A DNA stretch of 64,000 bases from an uncultured Ignavibacteriales bacterium (GTDB lineage: Bacteria > Zixibacteria > MSB-5A5 > GN15 > FEB-12): the NCBI GenBank assembly GCA_964557855.1, contig CAZLBP010000020.1:1454-65453 (forward strand), in the 5' to 3' direction. Made by a program: the position numbers and the translations under genes. Shown piece after piece: positions 1 through 10,746 of the stretch (within the stretch, counting starts at the first letter, position 1; each line of letters starts with the position of its first letter). Under the pieces are notes generated by a model that was not told the origin of the DNA, made no database searches, and was given only the letters and a program-made list of their open reading frames with translations.

Positions 1-660
1 CAGAACGTCGAACTTGCAGGGGTCCATCACTATCTGCATGCAGAGCGCGTCGACAATGCGGTCATCAGCCTCAATATCAGGATACTCTTTGGCCATATTC
101 TCGAAAATCTCCAGAAAAAGACCGTCCGAGATTTTCATGATATTGGCCTTGTGTACGAACGTGATTTTCTTGCGGTTGTGCTTCCGAGCGTATTCGAACG
201 CCCAACGGACAATCTGCAGCGAGGCCCGCTCGGTCACCACTTTAATAGCCTGCGTCACGCCGGGTGAGATGAGGTTTTCGATACCCGAATACAGGTCCTC
301 GGTGTTCTCACGGATAATTACCAGGTTGACCTTGTCATATCTGCTGGAGACTCCGCCAATCGTCTTGACCGGGCGCAGATTAGCGAAAAGATTGAGTTTC
401 TGCCGAATAGTAACGTTGGCCGACCGGAACCCTTTGCCGACGAGTGTCGTCAAAGGACCCTTGAGAGCCACCTTGTTCTCACGAATCGAATCCAGGACAC
501 TGTCCGGCAGTGACTCGCCGGTCTCTTTGAGAGCCTCCAGGCCCGCCAACCGACGGTCCCATTCTATATCCACCCCGGCCGCTTCGATCACACGAACCAC
601 CGATTTCGTGATTTCGGGGCCGATTCCGTCGCCGGGGATTAGAGTTACTTTGTGCGCCAT
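1..660 (-). CDS. NAD-dependent isocitrate/isopropylmalate dehydrogenase family protein (3' end runs off window)
   Basis: Manual translation from ATG at 660: MAHKVTLIPGDGIGPEI...ALKGPLTT...NLRPVK...IIRENTEDLYSGIE...VHKANIMK...RIVDALCMQ. Missing from the ORF track because the stop is outside the window. Confidence 0.92.
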   Translation of the reverse strand, partial: MAHKVTLIPGDGIGPEITKSVVRVIEAAGVDIEWDRRLAGLEALKETGESLPDSVLDSIRENKVALKGPLTTLVGKGFRSANVTIRQKLNLFANLRPVKTIGGVSSRYDKVNLVIIRENTEDLYSGIENLISPGVTQAIKVVTERASLQIVRWAFEYARKHNRKKITFVHKANIMKISDGLFLEIFENMAKEYPDIEADDRIVDALCMQIVMDPCKFDVL

Positions 661-789
661 ACAATCCTTCTTGCGAACGTTTGATTTCTTACCTGATAAT
701 ATCCATTTTCGATGGGAGTGTCAACCTGGGGATGGCTGGCGAGAAAACCGCTCGTCGGAATTTGAGTGAGGTACCGGAAGGCTCCAAAC

Positions 790-815
790 GGGCGACCACA
801 CAGGGTCGCCCCTAC
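790..815 (-). repeat. GTAG-footed REP-like palindrome
   Basis: Reverse strand reads GTAG-GGGCGACC-CTGTGT-GGTCGCCC. Confidence 0.7.
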
Positions 816-840
816 ACGTAACTCGTTGACAGGTAAGAGG

Positions 841-889
841 GGCAGGTCACACGAGTCCACTGCAGTGGACTCGCAAGACCTGCCGCAAC
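841..889. repeat. GTTG-footed REP-like nested palindrome (family A, copy 1)
   Basis: GGCAGGTC-ACAC-GAGTCCACTGCAGTGGACTC-GCAA-GACCTGCC-GCAAC; relatives at 17130, 17238, 24252, 49438, 58773. Confidence 0.75.
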
Positions 890-942
890 GGACAACGGTC
901 CTTACGCCCGGTTTGGGACCCCGGGGGATCCCGATTCCGATA

Positions 943-3747
943 TTACGGGCAGGGGGCCGGTTCGGGACCGTCCTTGAACAGATAATCGACAATATAGCTT
1001 ACATCAGCCACATTAATGATCCCCTCACCGTCGGCATTGCCCGCACCCGTACATCCCGGGTGAGTGCCGGGCTGGGGCAGGCCCGCGAACAGGAACCCGA
1101 CCAGGTAGGCCGCGTCGCTCACATCGACAATACCGTCCGGGTCACTATCGGCATTGCCGGCGGAATAGAGACAACAGAGGTTGGACGTAAACACGGCAAA
1201 CGTGCGTGACCATTCCGACCACTCCGTGCCGTCATGGACCCGGTAGCGCCAGTAGTAGACCGAATCGGTGCCCAGCGAGGCGTCCGGTCGGTAAATGGGG
1301 GCTGCCAACTGCGCCGTATCGAAAGTGGGAGCCCGGAAATCGAAGAACCGGTCGAGTTGGAAATGATGCACGTATTCCGGGAGATCATCGGGGCGCTGCA
1401 ACGTCCAGTCGAATGTCGGACGTGAGAGTGAGACCGGGTAGCCGTTGGGGGGCTGAATTGAAGACACCGGCTCCACCGTATAGTAAAATGTCAACGAATC
1501 GGCCTGCAGGATGGTGTCGGCGGCGTTTTTGGCCACGCCGGCGTTGTTGTAGTTGGAGTAAAGCACCGCCTGCTGCGAGCCGTCGATACCGATCGCGGCG
1601 CCATAGGTGGGTTCCGTTCCGCCCGGGCCTTCGGGGGCATCCGGCTCGAGAGCGACCGTAACTATATACTCGCCGTATTGCAGATTGTAATCGAGCGTGC
1701 GCTCGTCGAGTAGACCGTCTTCGTTTATATCGACAGTCTGGTAATCGGAGCCGGCCACGGTGCGCGTGGTCGGCGATATGATGTCGCCATCGGGGTTTTG
1801 TACTTTCACATTCAGATTCGAGAAGCCGAAGACGATCATTTCATCCGGCAGCACGGGATCATCCGGTTCCTGACTTACGGCCAGGACGAGATCGCCGCCG
1901 CCGAGTTCGCCGCTGACGAAGTCAATGTTGCCGTCACGGTCGACGTCAAGGGCGCCGAGGGCGTACGTCTGCGAGACGCCCGCGCCCAGGTCAATCGTCT
2001 GGGGTTCTTCGAAATGGCCGGTGCCGTCACCATAGAATACCTGCAGCGCCCCGGTGGACCCGTTGGCGACAATAATATCCAGGATATGATCCCGGTCAAC
2101 GTCGTTGGCCGACAGATTGTAGGCGATGCCATCAATGGTCAGGGTTTGAACTTCGGCGGCATTCCCGGCGCCGTCTCCCAGCATGACCGTGATGACACTC
2201 TGTTCGGTAGTGTCCGGCGTCGGCAACACGACCGCGTAGTCACAGTTGCCGTCGGTGTCGAAGTCGGTAATGACGATGATCGGGGGGACTTCGAATGAGG
2301 ACAAGCCGACATGAACGGCGGAAGCGTAAGAGAAGTTCCCGGCTCCGTCATTGACATAGATGAACATGGAATCCTCATTGAGGACAACAAGATCCTCGGA
2401 GCCGGAATTGTCGAAATCGCAGGGCTCCACGGCATCGATGTTGAACGGCAACAAGACTTCAGTGAAGGACATTCCGCCCGCTTGTCCCAAAAGCAGCAAA
2501 TCGGGTGTCCGGACTACGTCCAGATACGGATCCGCATTGAAATAGCCGGATACTGCAGCCGGGACATTGGCCGCCAGGGCGTTCGGAGAACCGTGGCTCC
2601 TGGTTACGCCCTGAACCGAATCCACGTTGAACATCCGGTTACCCTCATTGTAGAGCAGGTAGGTATTGCTGCCTTGGACGGCAATGATGTCCAGCAGGGT
2701 ATCGGCGTTGAGGTAGCCGAAATCGAAAGCATCCTGCGAAATCGTCAGATAGTTCACCGGCGTCTCCAGTCCGCCGCTGTTGTTGCCGTAGGCGACGAAC
2801 AGGCCCTCGGTGACGCTGCCGGTGTAGACGACGTCGACTAAATTGTCCCGATCGAGATCAATCGATCGCACGAAATACAGGTCGGCCGTGTCAATCGCGC
2901 TAACACCGAATTCGATTTCCGGTACGTCGGAGCAGTCATTGATAACCGGCAAGGCCTGACAATTGTTCGCCACTGCCAGGGTCACCCGCTCTTCGGGATC
3001 GCAAGCGCTGTTGGGCGGCTGGGTCGAATCGGGCTTCGACTCACCGGCAAACTTGACGCGAAAACTGATTTCGTCGGTTAGTTCCAGCGTGTCCAGACGG
3101 GTTATGGTCGCGCAGGCCGTGCCGGTACTGTCGGTAACAGCTGCACCGAATAAAGCATGGCCGGCACTCACGCCACAGGCGGTGTTGTTGACGTAGAAAG
3201 TGATTTGTTTACCGGCCAAGGGCACTTGCTCGCCGCCGTTGCATATCTGGTAGAGGCCGGCGCATACCTGGATTTCCTTGTCCGGCGTAATCGTCGCCAG
3301 ACATATGACATCATCGGGAGAAACATCAATCTCGAGAGTGGTATTGCCCGTCATCAGAACGGCCTCGGCAAAGAAGCCGGAGTTCAAGCCAATCGCGAAC
3401 AACTGGAAAAGCGGCAGTCCTCGAAGTTCCGGCGGCACGGTCCACTGCAAATGGAAATCACCAATGTCGTCGGTGGTGACGTCAGGCAAACGATACACCG
3501 CATGTACAACACTGGTATCGTAGCCCACAGTAAGATCCAGCTTGACCGTTTCGTTGGCGCCGAATCCATTGCCGGAGATCGACAGCGCCTGCCCGACAAC
3601 TCCCTGAACTTCTTCGACTTCCAGGACCGCCGCCGAGGCCGATCCGGCCGCGGCCGACAGGATCAGCAGTATGAGGGCCAGCGATGATCTGATCATACTT
3701 ACCCGATTCCTGTGTTGGCTGCGGCCAACATTGCCAATCTTTGTCAT
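943..3747 (-). CDS. Secreted FG-GAP/VCBS-repeat beta-propeller protein with C-terminal dockerin-like domain
   Basis: Signal peptide (MIRSSLALILLILSAAAGSASA); repeated D-x-D-x-D-G-x-x-D motifs; C-terminal CC...GNAD...VSDAAYLVGFLF...C...GNAD...VADVSYIVDYLF...PCP. Start is probably 3747 or 3696 rather than 3831. Confidence 0.85.
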   Translation of the reverse strand: MTKIGNVGRSQHRNRVSMIRSSLALILLILSAAAGSASAAVLEVEEVQGVVGQALSISGNGFGANETVKLDLTVGYDTSVVHAVYRLPDVTTDDIGDFHLQWTVPPELRGLPLFQLFAIGLNSGFFAEAVLMTGNTTLEIDVSPDDVICLATITPDKEIQVCAGLYQICNGGEQVPLAGKQITFYVNNTACGVSAGHALFGAAVTDSTGTACATITRLDTLELTDEISFRVKFAGESKPDSTQPPNSACDPEERVTLAVANNCQALPVINDCSDVPEIEFGVSAIDTADLYFVRSIDLDRDNLVDVVYTGSVTEGLFVAYGNNSGGLETPVNYLTISQDAFDFGYLNADTLLDIIAVQGSNTYLLYNEGNRMFNVDSVQGVTRSHGSPNALAANVPAAVSGYFNADPYLDVVRTPDLLLLGQAGGMSFTEVLLPFNIDAVEPCDFDNSGSEDLVVLNEDSMFIYVNDGAGNFSYASAVHVGLSSFEVPPIIVITDFDTDGNCDYAVVLPTPDTTEQSVITVMLGDGAGNAAEVQTLTIDGIAYNLSANDVDRDHILDIIVANGSTGALQVFYGDGTGHFEEPQTIDLGAGVSQTYALGALDVDRDGNIDFVSGELGGGDLVLAVSQEPDDPVLPDEMIVFGFSNLNVKVQNPDGDIISPTTRTVAGSDYQTVDINEDGLLDERTLDYNLQYGEYIVTVALEPDAPEGPGGTEPTYGAAIGIDGSQQAVLYSNYNNAGVAKNAADTILQADSLTFYYTVEPVSSIQPPNGYPVSLSRPTFDWTLQRPDDLPEYVHHFQLDRFFDFRAPTFDTAQLAAPIYRPDASLGTDSVYYWRYRVHDGTEWSEWSRTFAVFTSNLCCLYSAGNADSDPDGIVDVSDAAYLVGFLFAGLPQPGTHPGCTGAGNADGEGIINVADVSYIVDYLFKDGPEPAPCP

Positions 3748-4102
3748 TTTCACTGTTCCTTCGATTAGGTCAAATATAGACCGGTACTTTGTGAGTTCTG
3801 CGTTATCGGCCGCAAATAAGTAAAAATGCACCTAACTTGTCAAGTATTATCTCCGGCGGCCGGGCCGGATTAATCTTGAGTCCATATCAGTTGCCAGAGT
3901 GAAAGACTTCCGCCGGCGCCCGGCAGTTCATAAGAAACGTCGGCTGTCCGGCCGGCCGCGGCCTCCGACCACATTCGCGGTCCGGATGCGCTAACCACTT
4001 TCTCGACAAGTACGGAACTCCCGCGCGGTATTTTCGGTTATAAGTTACTCACGGACAATGGAGTATTATGATCTATTTAACGATGATTGACGAGGAGTAG
4101 TT

Positions 4103-4705
4103 ATGGCACATGCATTACCGGACCTGGGTTACGCGTACGATGCCCTGGAGCCTTACATCGACAAGCAGACGATGGAAATCCATCACACGAAACATCACCA
4201 GGCCTACATCAACAAGTTGACGGCGGCGATTGAGGGTAAAGCCGATCTGGCGGACAAGCCGGTGGATGAGCTCATTAAGAATCTGAATTCGGTGCCGGAA
4301 GATATCCGGACAGCTGTCCGCAATCACGGCGGCGGGCACGCCAACCATTCTTTTTTCTGGCCGATTCTCAAGAAGGGCGTCAAGCCGGCCGGGGACGTGG
4401 TGGACGGTATCAAGTCGACATTTGGCAGTTTTGACGTCTTTAAGGAGAAGTTCTCGGCCGCGGCAGCCGGTCAGTTCGGTTCCGGCTGGGCCTGGCTGGT
4501 GGTCTCCAACGGCAAGCTGGAAATCATGTCTACCCCGAACCAGGACTCGCCGCTTTCTGCCGGCAAGACGCCGGTGGTCGGGATTGATGTCTGGGAGCAC
4601 GCGTATTATCTGAAATACCAGAACCGCCGGCCGGAGTACATTGAAGCTTTCTTCAACGTGATCAATTGGGAGAAGGTTAACGAATTATATCTGGCCGCCA
4701 AATAG
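4103..4705 (+). CDS. sodA: Superoxide dismutase, Mn/Fe family (Mn-type signature)
   Basis: [24 protein letters not shown] and DVWEHAYY motifs; GAGGAG RBS. Confidence 0.95.
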   Translation: MAHALPDLGYAYDALEPYIDKQTMEIHHTKHHQAYINKLTAAIEGKADLADKPVDELIKNLNSVPEDIRTAVRNHGGGHANHSFFWPILKKGVKPAGDVVDGIKSTFGSFDVFKEKFSAAAAGQFGSGWAWLVVSNGKLEIMSTPNQDSPLSAGKTPVVGIDVWEHAYYLKYQNRRPEYIEAFFNVINWEKVNELYLAAK

Positions 4706-4731
4706 GCATTTGACCCAGGTCTGCATTCATG

Positions 4732-4762
4732 GAACCGCCAGGCGCGCGCCTGGCGGTTTTTT
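4732..4762 (+). terminator. Rho-independent terminator of sodA
   Basis: AACCGCCAGG-CGCGCG-CCTGGCGGTT followed by a T-tract. Confidence 0.85.
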
Positions 4763-4828
4763 GTTGTCGCGCGGGAGTCGATCCGTCGCAGGTGGGTTGT
4801 GAGATAAGGCTTATCTTACTGTCGCACC

Positions 4829-5173
4829 TCACGCATCCCGGTTAGGTACAATACAGATGAACTCGAAGTCTTCGTCGGACGGGTTCTCGAACTGGTGTTC
4901 GACATTGGGCGGCACGAAGGCAAAGGAGCCTTTTTTCAAGTCATTGATGTTGTTGCCCAGACGTAACTTGCCACTGCCCTTGATGACGTAATTGACATGT
5001 TCCCAATCATGGCTGTGGCGCGGACTGAACCCTCCGGGCCTTAACCTGAATACTCGCAATGTGTGGCTCTGCCAGCCCTGTTCGGGACCGATCACATTCG
5101 TGCCCGACATGTCTCTGACGCCTTCGATTGTCATTTCTTCGAGCCTTATCTCATTTCCTTTGATTACCGCCAT
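4829..5173 (-). CDS. Cupin domain protein
   Basis: PRHSHDWEHVNYVIKGSG...FVPPNVEHQF cupin metal motifs; GAGGA RBS upstream of ATG at 5173. Confidence 0.9.
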   Translation of the reverse strand: MAVIKGNEIRLEEMTIEGVRDMSGTNVIGPEQGWQSHTLRVFRLRPGGFSPRHSHDWEHVNYVIKGSGKLRLGNNINDLKKGSFAFVPPNVEHQFENPSDEDFEFICIVPNRDA

Positions 5174-5237
5174 AAATGTGTATCCTCTTCGCATAACGTT
5201 GTTTTTCCACTCCGCATCACAACTGCACTCGTTATCC

Positions 5238-5297
5238 CGTAGCGGCAGGGTTTATCCCTGCCGGTTCACGCAACGGCAGTTCAAGGCCGCCCGCTAC
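5238..5297. repeat. Inverted pair of GTAG-footed REP-like units
   Basis: GTAGCGGCAGGG-TTTA-TCCCTGCCG ... GGCCGCCCGCTAC. Confidence 0.5.
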
Positions 5298-5451
5298 GGG
5301 CAGGTGAGACACCGCCACCTGTCAACAAACTGAATTAGTCTCCATGTACTCCTCGCCTTTGGCTTTCCAGCGAGGTCGAGCGCGACTATGAGGACAAACT
5401 AGTGTTAATGTGAGTGAGAATCAAGCAGTTAGAGGTATGCCCATACAAACA

Positions 5452-5485
5452 AAACGGCCCGTCCTGCAAAGAGAACGAGCCGTTT
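5452..5485 (-). terminator. Terminator-like hairpin downstream of the Arg-rich protein gene
   Basis: AAACGGCCCG...CGAGCCGTTT imperfect stem flanked by A/T runs. Confidence 0.55.
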
Positions 5486-5517
5486 AATCCAAAAAAAATC
5501 GAATGCTTCCTATGTCA

Positions 5518-5907
5518 TTACCAGCTGCGACGGTTGTTTCTCCGTTTCGGAGTACGGCTGGTCGGTTTCGCCTTGTAGCTCCGGTTCGGAGTAGTGCGAC
5601 GCGGCTTGCCGTAGCGCTTCGGCGTGTTCCGGAAAAATCCGGGTGCAAACTGGCGGAACGCATTGGTATTACCAGTGTTGCCGCGCCATACGGACGGGTT
5701 CGCCTTCTTGATGTTGAGATCAACCGCTTTGTAGCGCACGGAATAGACCGAACGTCCCAACTGACGAGCAATCCAGGACGTTTCGTAGGTCCGGTAGAAC
5801 TTGCGCATGAAAGCAACTTCTTCTCTGGACCACGGCCGAGCGGTTTTGAACGTGGTACGACGACGTGGTACCGGACGACGGGCAGTTCGGGTTCTTCGCA
5901 TAGCCAT
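5518..5907 (-). CDS. Small Arg/Lys-rich protein with central SANT/Myb- or GcrA-like helix-turn-helix
   Basis: AAGGAG RBS; WSREEVAFMRKFY...IARQLGRSVYSVRYKA core; highly basic tails. Confidence 0.75.
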   Translation of the reverse strand: MAMRRTRTARRPVPRRRTTFKTARPWSREEVAFMRKFYRTYETSWIARQLGRSVYSVRYKAVDLNIKKANPSVWRGNTGNTNAFRQFAPGFFRNTPKRYGKPRRTTPNRSYKAKPTSRTPKRRNNRRSW

Positions 5908-6467
5908 AGCATCACTCCTTGTTAATTAGGTTACCAATGGCGAACAGTGACCATGGCCGGGTCATTGCCCACCGTTAAATAAAAACTTTGTTTAGTAATC
6001 GTCCGTTTTGTTAAGAGTCTTTATCTCAATCGCTTAAGTTTTTTGCAGACCTCTTCGTACGTTTTTGTCTATTGTCATGACAAACTGACCATGAAATCGA
6101 CCAACTCAACCTCACCCATGGGGCCACTCATGGCCTCGTCGATGCCCGCGGATATTTGGAGAAAAGCCCGGCTCGGCGACTAGAGCCCATAACCCATTCA
6201 AATGTAAACACTTACAACTGGACATCGGCCGCTTACACAGTCTTCATACTCGCTGATCAAGATCCCGGCCAAACCTGTCGGCGAGAAACCCGGACTCTCT
6301 GCGATCATCCGGACCCGTCCTGTGCCTGATTGAGACTATCCGCAACCTGCTGGAAATCTGAACAGTGATTCCTCGGGCACGGAACTCGCTCTACTTTTTC
6401 TGGTTGCTATGAAACTTCAAGGTACGTAGACTTAGTTTTGCCAGACGGCTAACCGACTAGATGTATT

Positions 6468-7571
6468 ATGAAGCGGGAATACTTTCTCATAACGATTTTC
6501 TTCATCCTGGCAGCGGTATTTTTCTATCTGTTTTATCAGCTCATTATCCCGTTCTTTATTCCGATCTGCTGGGCGGCCGTGTTCGTTATCATATTCCATC
6601 CTATCTATGTTCGACTGAGTAAGAGAGTCAAATCCCGGGCGCTGGCGTCGCTCCTGATGTGTCTGCTAATCATAGTTCTCATCATTGGTCCGGTGGCGTA
6701 TCTGTTTACGGCTTTGGTACAGGAAGCCGCCGCCGCGGTGGCCAGAGTCAACACTATGTATCGAGCCGGTGAGTTCGACGAACTGCTGAAAGTGGATATC
6801 CCTCTTATCAAGGCCGCCAAAGAGAAACTGTCCGAGTATTACGATATATCGCAGATCAATCTGGACCAACTCATAAAGGACACAATCGACAAAGTGGGCG
6901 GGGTCATTGTCAATCAAACCACCTGGGTCATCGCCAATGGTACCAAGGCGGTATTCTATTTCGTGCTGATGCTGTTTACTACCTATTATTTCTTTAAAGA
7001 CGGAAGCCTGATCATCCACAAGTTGAAGCGGCTCATGCCGATTCCCTCGGATCGAATTGAAAGCACCTTTAATCGGTTGCGGGATGTCATTCAGGCCACA
7101 ATATATGGCGGCGTAGTCGTGGCACTGATTCAGGGGTTGCTGGGCGGCCTTCTGTTTGCCGTGGTGGGCATCCCCTCGGCCGTTTTCTGGGGAGCCATCA
7201 TGGCTCTCTTGTCGATCATACCTTTCGTCGGGGCGTTTCTGATCTACGTACCGGCGGGCATCATACTCTTGCTGGGCGGTTCTTATGTAAAGGGTATCAT
7301 CGTCATAGGTATCGGCACCATTATCATCTCACAGATAGATAACCTCATAAGACCTTATCTTATATCCGGTCGAACTTCCATGCATCCGTTAATGCTCTTC
7401 TTCTCCATCATGGGCGGGATTTCGCTTTTCGGCTTGTTGGGAGTGGTGCTTGGTCCGCTCGTGGCGGCCGTGTTCGTCACGGTACTTGATATCCTCGATT
7501 TTCGCCTGCATCCGGCGGATGAGGAGTCCGGCTCTACCGGCGCTCCGGGACCGGAAGCGGAGACATCGTAG
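6468..7571 (+). CDS. AI-2E family transporter
   Basis: Multiple TM helices; IPFVGA, IDNLIRPYLI, HPLMLFFSIMGG and FGLLGVVLGP motifs. Confidence 0.92.
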   Translation: MKREYFLITIFFILAAVFFYLFYQLIIPFFIPICWAAVFVIIFHPIYVRLSKRVKSRALASLLMCLLIIVLIIGPVAYLFTALVQEAAAAVARVNTMYRAGEFDELLKVDIPLIKAAKEKLSEYYDISQINLDQLIKDTIDKVGGVIVNQTTWVIANGTKAVFYFVLMLFTTYYFFKDGSLIIHKLKRLMPIPSDRIESTFNRLRDVIQATIYGGVVVALIQGLLGGLLFAVVGIPSAVFWGAIMALLSIIPFVGAFLIYVPAGIILLLGGSYVKGIIVIGIGTIIISQIDNLIRPYLISGRTSMHPLMLFFSIMGGISLFGLLGVVLGPLVAAVFVTVLDILDFRLHPADEESGSTGAPGPEAETS

Positions 7572-7690
7572 CTGTACGGCAAAGGCGGTTTGACGAAGCG
7601 CGTTGCCCCATCCTTTTTCCTTTACACATATTAATCGAGGGATATATTGGTCGTTCGAGTATCACAATTTTTTGTCAGGAGAGATCGACA

Positions 7691-10552
7691 ATGTATCACC
7701 ATTCCCGTCGTTATATCGGTTTCTTACTATCCGTGTGCGGATTTGGGCTTCTATGGGCCATAACTGCCCAGGCAGGATTGCATCCTTCGTATTCAGCAAA
7801 GGCCGAAATCGACACGGTCGAGTTCTACAATACGCACAGTTATGACAGATCGGTACCGAACCCGAACGACTATCTGCAGTACCCGGTCGGGAAGTGGCCG
7901 GCGCGGTACCACGAATTTGTTCTGTATTTCCAGGAACTGGCGGCCTTCTCCGACCGGCTCAGGATCGAGACACACGAAACGACCCACGAAGGCCGGACTT
8001 TGTACAACCTCTTCATCTCCTCTCCCGAGAATATCCGTAATCTGGAAGCCCATCGCGAGCAGATGGATAAACTGGCTGATCCGCGCGCCGGTTTATCTAA
8101 TTCGGCATTGTCCGAGGCTCTGGCCGGACAACCGGCCTTCGCCTGGCTGGGCTACAGTATCCACGGGGACGAGATTTCCGGCAGTGACGCGGCTATCAGG
8201 CTGGCCTATCACTTAGCAGCCGCCAATGATTCGGCGACGCTGCATTTACTGGACAACGTTATTATCATAATCGACCCCTGCGAGAATCCGGACGGTCGCG
8301 AGCGCTACTTGAGCATGTTGGAGACGTATAAGAGTCACGTTCCAAACTACGATTCGCGTTCGGCGCAGCACGGCGGGGTGTGGCCCTGGGGTCGCGCCAA
8401 TCACTATCTGTTCGATTTGAACCGCGACTGGATTCTGCTGACCCAGCCGGAGACCAAGGGCCGCGTGCGGACGATTCTGGAGTATCACCCGGTCATGGTT
8501 GTCGACGGGCACGAAATGGGATCCAACGCCACTTTTCTGTTCTCTCCGCCGCGTCAACCGATCAACTACAACACACCGGAAAACGTCATGAAGTGGTACT
8601 CGATCTTCCGCGACGATCAGGCGCAGGCATTCGATGAGCGCGGCTGGCCGTATTACACCGGGGAGTGGAACGAGCAATGGTATATCGGATATGGCTCGGC
8701 CTGGCCGACGTTCTTCGGGACGGTCGGGATACTCTATGAACAAGCCGGGGTAGACGGGCAGGTGGTCCGTCAACGGGACAATTACCTGCTGAGCTACCAC
8801 GAAGCCATCAACCATCAATTCACGTCCTCGATAGCCAACCTGCAGACGGTTGCCAACAATCGTGAGGAGTTGTTGCGCGACTACAGGAGCGCCCGCAACA
8901 ACATCGTCACGAGAGGCGAGAGGAGCAACCTGACCTTCATATTCGTGCCTGACGAGGACGAGCTGAAAATGCAGCGTTTGATTTCGTCGCTGCTGACTCA
9001 GGGTATCGAGGTTCATCGGGCCGCGGAGGAGTTCCCGGTGGGGGACGTTACGGATATCTATCAGAAGAAACACTCGATGAAGAGATTCCCGGCCGGGACC
9101 TATCTGGTCAGCACGGCTCAACCTCAGGGAGCCCTGGCCAAGGCGATGCTTGAATTCGATTTGCACCTGAAGCCGGAGTTTCTGGAAGAGGAGCGCCGGG
9201 AGCTGGAGAAACATGGGGATACGCGCATGTACGAAGTCTCGGCGTGGTGTGTGCCCATGGCTTACGACGTGGACGCATACATGACGACATCGCGCATATC
9301 GGTGCAGCAGGAGCCGGTAACGGGGCCGACAGCGACTGGCGGTCGGGTTATCGATCCGGGGGCCCAATACGGTTTTATCGTCGACATGCAAGGTGAGAAG
9401 ACCTACCGGATGCTCAACGGTCTCTTTGGCGAGCACGTGACTGTCTATGCGTCGGAGAAGGCTTTCACGATCGAAGGTCGCCGCTACCGGCCGGGGGCAC
9501 TGGTCCTGCGCCGCCGGGGTAACCCCGATGACCTGCCGAATATCCTGACCCGACTGGCACGGGAAACAGGGGTCGACGTCCACGGTGTCAATACGGGGTT
9601 ATCGACCGAAGGGTCTCATTTGGGCGCGCCGACTTTTCGCTTGCTGCAGCAGCCGAAGGTAGCCATTCTGACCGGGGCGCCGCTCAGCTTTACTTCGGTG
9701 GGGTCACTCTGGTTCACGATCGACAGAGAATTAGAGATTCCGCATTCTCTTCTGCATATGGACGAATTCATGTGGACCGATATATCCCCGTATAATGTTC
9801 TCGTATTTCCGTCGGCCTGGGGCAGCGGCTTGCAAGACCGCCTGGGTAAGCGCGGCAAGCAAAAGCTCGAGGAATGGGTTGAGGACGGCGGGACGCTGAT
9901 TCTTATGGGAAGTTCGGCGACGTGGGCCGCCGATACGTCGGTGGCCCTGACACAGGTGCGTTTGAAACGACAGGTTCTGGATAAACTGGAAGATTATGCC
10001 CGTGCCCTGGAAAGAGAACTGGCGGCCGAGGACCCGGAAGTCGACACGATGGCTCTCTGGCATCCGGAGGAAATCGAGGCCGAAAAGTCTGCCGATGAGG
10101 AAGCCGCTAGGCAGAAGAAGGGTCAAAAGGAGGATGCTGAAGAGCTGGACAAGTGGCAGCGCCGTTTCCGTCCGGGTGGCGTGATTTTGCGGGCCGACGT
10201 CGACACCGAACACTGGCTGGCGTTCGGTATGAAGGAACGTGTGCCGACTATGATTTGGGGCAGCCAGGCGTATCTGTCCAAAGAACCGGTGGCCACCGTC
10301 GCTCGACTGACACCCGAGGCGGACAAACTGCGTATGTCCGGTTTGCTGTGGCCCGAGGCTCGGGAGCGATGGGCCGGGACGGCTTACACCACCCGGGAAC
10401 GGAAGGGCAAGGGGCAGATCGTTATTTTTGCGGGAGATCCGAATATGCGGGCTTATTGGTACGGCACGCGCAAGATGTTCGTCAACGCCGTACTCTATGG
10501 TCCGGGGTTCACGAGCGGCTTTGAGCCTTATTCGGAAGAAAGCCCGGAATAG
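7691..10552 (+). CDS. Secreted M14 family zinc carboxypeptidase
   Basis: Signal peptide; SIHGDEISG, NPDGRER, DLNRDW and DGHEM motifs. Confidence 0.9.
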   Translation: MYHHSRRYIGFLLSVCGFGLLWAITAQAGLHPSYSAKAEIDTVEFYNTHSYDRSVPNPNDYLQYPVGKWPARYHEFVLYFQELAAFSDRLRIETHETTHEGRTLYNLFISSPENIRNLEAHREQMDKLADPRAGLSNSALSEALAGQPAFAWLGYSIHGDEISGSDAAIRLAYHLAAANDSATLHLLDNVIIIIDPCENPDGRERYLSMLETYKSHVPNYDSRSAQHGGVWPWGRANHYLFDLNRDWILLTQPETKGRVRTILEYHPVMVVDGHEMGSNATFLFSPPRQPINYNTPENVMKWYSIFRDDQAQAFDERGWPYYTGEWNEQWYIGYGSAWPTFFGTVGILYEQAGVDGQVVRQRDNYLLSYHEAINHQFTSSIANLQTVANNREELLRDYRSARNNIVTRGERSNLTFIFVPDEDELKMQRLISSLLTQGIEVHRAAEEFPVGDVTDIYQKKHSMKRFPAGTYLVSTAQPQGALAKAMLEFDLHLKPEFLEEERRELEKHGDTRMYEVSAWCVPMAYDVDAYMTTSRISVQQEPVTGPTATGGRVIDPGAQYGFIVDMQGEKTYRMLNGLFGEHVTVYASEKAFTIEGRRYRPGALVLRRRGNPDDLPNILTRLARETGVDVHGVNTGLSTEGSHLGAPTFRLLQQPKVAILTGAPLSFTSVGSLWFTIDRELEIPHSLLHMDEFMWTDISPYNVLVFPSAWGSGLQDRLGKRGKQKLEEWVEDGGTLILMGSSATWAADTSVALTQVRLKRQVLDKLEDYARALERELAAEDPEVDTMALWHPEEIEAEKSADEEAARQKKGQKEDAEELDKWQRRFRPGGVILRADVDTEHWLAFGMKERVPTMIWGSQAYLSKEPVATVARLTPEADKLRMSGLLWPEARERWAGTAYTTRERKGKGQIVIFAGDPNMRAYWYGTRKMFVNAVLYGPGFTSGFEPYSEESPE

Positions 10553-10746
10553 ACGGAGAGAAACGCCCTCCATAGCCGATTTGAAGCGATTATTGGTGGT
10601 ATCGTCGGGAGCCGCTTATCGGGTCCATTTGTTCTTGTCAGAACGAGAAAATGCAGTATATTTGATCTGGAGTTTCTTGTTGTGCCCTGCCTCACAGCAG
10701 GGTTACTTATTGTTGGATATGTGGCAATAACGAGTTTGGAAGGTCC

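Noticed and set aside
14..769. 251-aa + strand ORF
   Set aside because: Antisense shadow of the dehydrogenase gene on the - strand
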